Source of the DNA: Candidatus Bathyarchaeota archaeon
Lineage (GTDB): Archaea; Thermoproteota; Bathyarchaeia; 40CM-2-53-6
Direction of reading: 5' to 3'
DNA: 64,000 nucleotides
Assembly (NCBI GenBank): GCA_963706285.1
Contig: CAVPLU010000012.1
Span: forward strand, 64,001 to 128,000
The notes under the pieces: generated by a model
Told to the model about the DNA's origin: nothing
Database searches by the model: none
Seen by the model: only the letters and a program-made list of their open reading frames with translations
Translations under genes and position numbers: made by a program
Shown here: in pieces, positions 61,259 through 64,000 of the stretch
Numbering within the stretch: the stretch's first letter is position 1
How the letters are laid out: every line of letters starts with the position of its first letter

Positions 61259-62181
61259 AGCAACCGAGCCCCTGCGAAGTCCAAGGAAGACGAGAATGCT
61301 TGCACTCTGGGAAAGCGTTTTTTGACGGCTGCCAAGACCCTGCCTGCCAAATCCTCGATGGCAATCGCGTGAACTGCTTGTCCCAGCATGTTCTGGGTTG
61401 CACCGATTGCTCCAGCGTCCTCCATCACCTCTATGAGTTGGGCAGTCTGAGGCGACATCAAGCCCAATCCATAGGCAAATTCCTTTGAGGCAGTCATGAA
61501 GTTGGATGGTCGAAGATCTCTCACGATCGATTGAAAGGCCTCCTTGCCCAACGCATTGACTTTCTTCCTCAGATCTCTTGATCGTAGGGCTTCCTTGGTC
61601 GGTATTGGACCAACACATGCGGAGACAACTTTCAGATCAGGCGGGACTGATACTCTGTCAATCACAGCAATACCGGGACCTCCACTCTTCCGAGTAATGA
61701 CAAAACCCCCCGTGAGGATTGGACCTACAGTTCCCAAGCCCGTTCCGTTAGCGATCTCTGCTCCATGCACTATTCGTCCAATCTCGTTGACGGACATTCC
61801 AAGATCTGCACCTTCAGCGAACGCAAGAGCTGCTGACATAGAACCCGCAGCGCTGGCTCCGTAGCCTGCGCCAATCGGAACACGTACATCGTGCTCGACG
61901 ATGACTTCGTACTTCTCTCCCGAGACCTGAAGAAGTCTTGAGATCGCTGAAATGGTAGTCCTCGCTTCCTTGGCAAGCCGCTTGTTGATTCGAACAGAAA
62001 TCTGCGATGTGTTTGCGTGCTTCAGTCGCACACGTGTTAGCACGCCTCTGGATATCACCAACCCGCCACCTCGGGCGCCGGCGTATGAAGGATCTTTGAA
62101 GGGGCGCCCGTCGGGCCGCTTGTCGCGAATCTCGAAGAAGCTGCTGATCCCCGCAGGTGAGAACGCAGATGTCTCATGCAT
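61255..62181 (-). CDS. Pantoate kinase (GHMP kinase family)
   Basis: AFSPAGISSFF, VPIGAGYGASAA, AEI.NGTGLG.V, QNMLGQAV; in an operon with PPAT. Confidence 0.88.
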   Translation of the reverse strand: MHETSAFSPAGISSFFEIRDKRPDGRPFKDPSYAGARGGGLVISRGVLTRVRLKHANTSQISVRINKRLAKEARTTISAISRLLQVSGEKYEVIVEHDVRVPIGAGYGASAAGSMSAALAFAEGADLGMSVNEIGRIVHGAEIANGTGLGTVGPILTGGFVITRKSGGPGIAVIDRVSVPPDLKVVSACVGPIPTKEALRSRDLRKKVNALGKEAFQSIVRDLRPSNFMTASKEFAYGLGLMSPQTAQLIEVMEDAGAIGATQNMLGQAVHAIAIEDLAGRVLAAVKKRFPRVQAFSSSLDFAGARLL

Positions 62182-62927
62182 TTGCGTTCTTGCTCTTCGC
62201 TGCTCGCCCGATTCTGAGACTTGGCAAAGTCGCCTGTACTGCCTTGACTATGGGCGGGGTAAGCACCAGTAGGAACGGGATCTCAGACAAGTAGGTCCAG
62301 AGCGTGGTTCCGTATGCGAAGACGATCGGCAGAGGGCTAGAACCCAGACCCAGAACTTGAGGCATCACAAACAAAGAGCTGTACGCGACTAACCCGAATC
62401 CGATTATGAGGCTTCCTAACGCGAGCCCGATTGACGAAGCCGCTTGCACATCCGCCCAAGACGAGCGCGCCAGATAAGGCACGGCGACCAGCGCGACCAC
62501 AAGGGCACTGATTCCCGGCGAGAATTGACAATGTTGACCCCGAAAGACGCGTACACGCCGTACGCCGCTATGATGATCGGAGCCGCAATGCCTGCAATGA
62601 TATTTCCGTATCTTGCTGCACCTTTCAGCGACCTTTGGAGAGAAATCCTAGAACACTGAATGCGACAAAGTTCGATGGCACACCGACGAGAAGACTGAGG
62701 AGCGCGTCGTGATGACCGTAGACTACGTCGGCGATGAAGATTCCAACTGCTGCACCTACGCCGCCGACCCATGGCCCAAAGAGAACCGCGAACGCGCCAG
62801 GAACAAAGACTTGGGGCCAGAATCTAACCCCGAAGAGAGTCGGAAGCGAGGCTGACAGTACACCCAAAGCGGCGTATAGCGCCGCGTTGAGGGAGGCCGT
62901 GGCTACCTGTAGTGCGGTCTCTCTCAT
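62174..62927 (-). CDS. ECF transporter S-component (QueT-like); frameshifted
   Basis: AALYAA, GVRFWP, VLFGPWVGGVGAAVGIFIAD; coupled to pantoate kinase. Confidence 0.78.
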
Positions 62928-63303
62928 CTCAAATCGTCAGAGGCACGAGGCGCATATGCCTTAACACTTCCCTAGAGACACTGGGCATGTCTCCAAAGTG
63001 TATATAGAATGGATTTCAGCATTTCCACTGGAAATCGACGAGCGCTAGGACCACCGCGCCGCATCCTTTCTGTCTGAACTTCGATGAGCTCCAAGCGCGT
63101 TTTGATTACTTTTGATGGTGAGTTGCTGCATCTTCGCGACATCTGGAGCTTCCATGATAACAATTCCGAATTCTGCGAATCCACAGTGACCAGAGAGTGG
63201 ACACTCGCTTTTTCGCGCCCAGTCGCAAGTCATCAACACTGCGGATCAAGAAGATCCGGATGTGAAGGTTTTTACGGGCACAAGCGCTCTCAACTGTTTG
63301 CGT

Positions 63304-63468
63304 AGCCCGGTGGTGTAGCGGTCAAACAGCCTAATGGACTAGGCATAGCAATGGCGCCAGACCAATGAGGCCACTAGATGGCTCTGGATCCCGCACTAGG
63401 AGAAGAAACCTGCCGACGGGAGTTCGAATGGTTCGTTAGAGAACCCGAACATCTCCCCCGGGCTACCA
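63304..63468 (+). tRNA. tRNA-Gln(CTG) with four introns: 63326-63342 (21/22), 63351-63379 (29/30), 63388-63407 (37/38), 63429-63451 (59/60)
   Basis: Removing 17+29+20+23 nt leaves a 76-nt cloverleaf AGCCCGG TG GTGT AGCGGTCAA|GCAT A GCA|GG CT-CTG-G|A CCTGC CGAC GGGAG TTCGAA|T CTCCC CCGGGCT A CCA; each junction has a BHB or BHB-like motif. Confidence 0.88.
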
Positions 63469-64000
63469 TCAACCACCGCCATTAGATTAGAGGTGGTTTC
63501 TCATCAGGGCAATCAACGCCATGACCCACGCCTTTCCGGCGTTGATGAGAACTCTCAAAGCGGCCCCTCTTTCCCGGAAAGCGGCCCCTCTTTGGAGGAT
63601 GTGATCAAGCACCATGCTAGCGGTCCACCACCTAGACGGCAACAAGTGCAATCTTCTACCCGTGGAATCTGGCTCAACTGAGGACTCTCCTGCTGTGACG
63701 AGCCTGGCGTGACTCAAATCCATGCATCTGAACCCAAAGACATCATTATGCTTCCAAGAAACCGATTAGCTACGCACTAGCCCGTTGACGCTTCTTCTTC
63801 ATCACAAGTGAGAGGCCCGCAACACCCAATATCACTGCCACAATTGTCGCAACAACCATCGGCATTTGCAGCAGGTCTAGGGACCATGGACCACCGTTCG
63901 ATGTCGTTCCTGTCTCTGTCTGAGTTTGATACTGACTTCTCACAAAATAGTAGATGCCGTCCGATCCTAGTGCGGCTACGATGCAGCATGCATTCCCTGA

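Noticed and set aside
63045-63239. Possible small minus-strand gene upstream of tRNA-Gln
   Set aside because: Fragmentary frames with only a weak motif resemblance; cannot be supported
63557-63593. 16-bp direct repeat AAAGCGGCCCCTCTTT downstream of tRNA-Gln
   Set aside because: Only two copies with a 5-nt spacer; no tRNA 3'-end duplication or integrase in the window to support an att site
1-64000. CRISPR array or rRNA genes
   Set aside because: No regularly spaced 25-45 bp repeats and no rRNA signature sequences were seen

Overview
Archaeal chromosomal window, most likely TACK and plausibly Bathyarchaeia. This is inferred from CdvB/ESCRT-III, ribosomal protein S26e, PEF-type sorting tails, pantoate kinase and FBP aldolase/phosphatase. 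The sequence carries scattered single-base frameshifts, probably long-read errors. Most genes are housekeeping or energy genes: proS, argS, the membrane arm of a two-NuoM ('2M') complex I interrupted by a badly broken A-type ATP synthase H/E/C/K/I block, porGDAB, CoA biosynthesis, lipid synthesis, surface proteins and one degraded DDE transposase. The most unusual signal is in the three tRNA genes, all read by eye. tRNA-Arg(CCG) and tRNA-Cys(GCA) carry bulge-helix-bulge (BHB) introns at positions 9/10 and 8/9, directly behind the acceptor stem. In both, the 5' leader holds an exact copy of the 7-nt 5' acceptor strand, which could act as a decoy that frees the real strand for splicing. tRNA-Gln(CTG) appears to hold four introns (21/22, 29/30, 37/38, 59/60). 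Other notable items are a cluster of Tyr/His-rich microproteins that all start MSY, a THUMP-less ThiI plus E1-like module beside tRNA-Cys, and a structured RNA upstream of proS. Product calls rest on recognised motifs only; no database searches were run.
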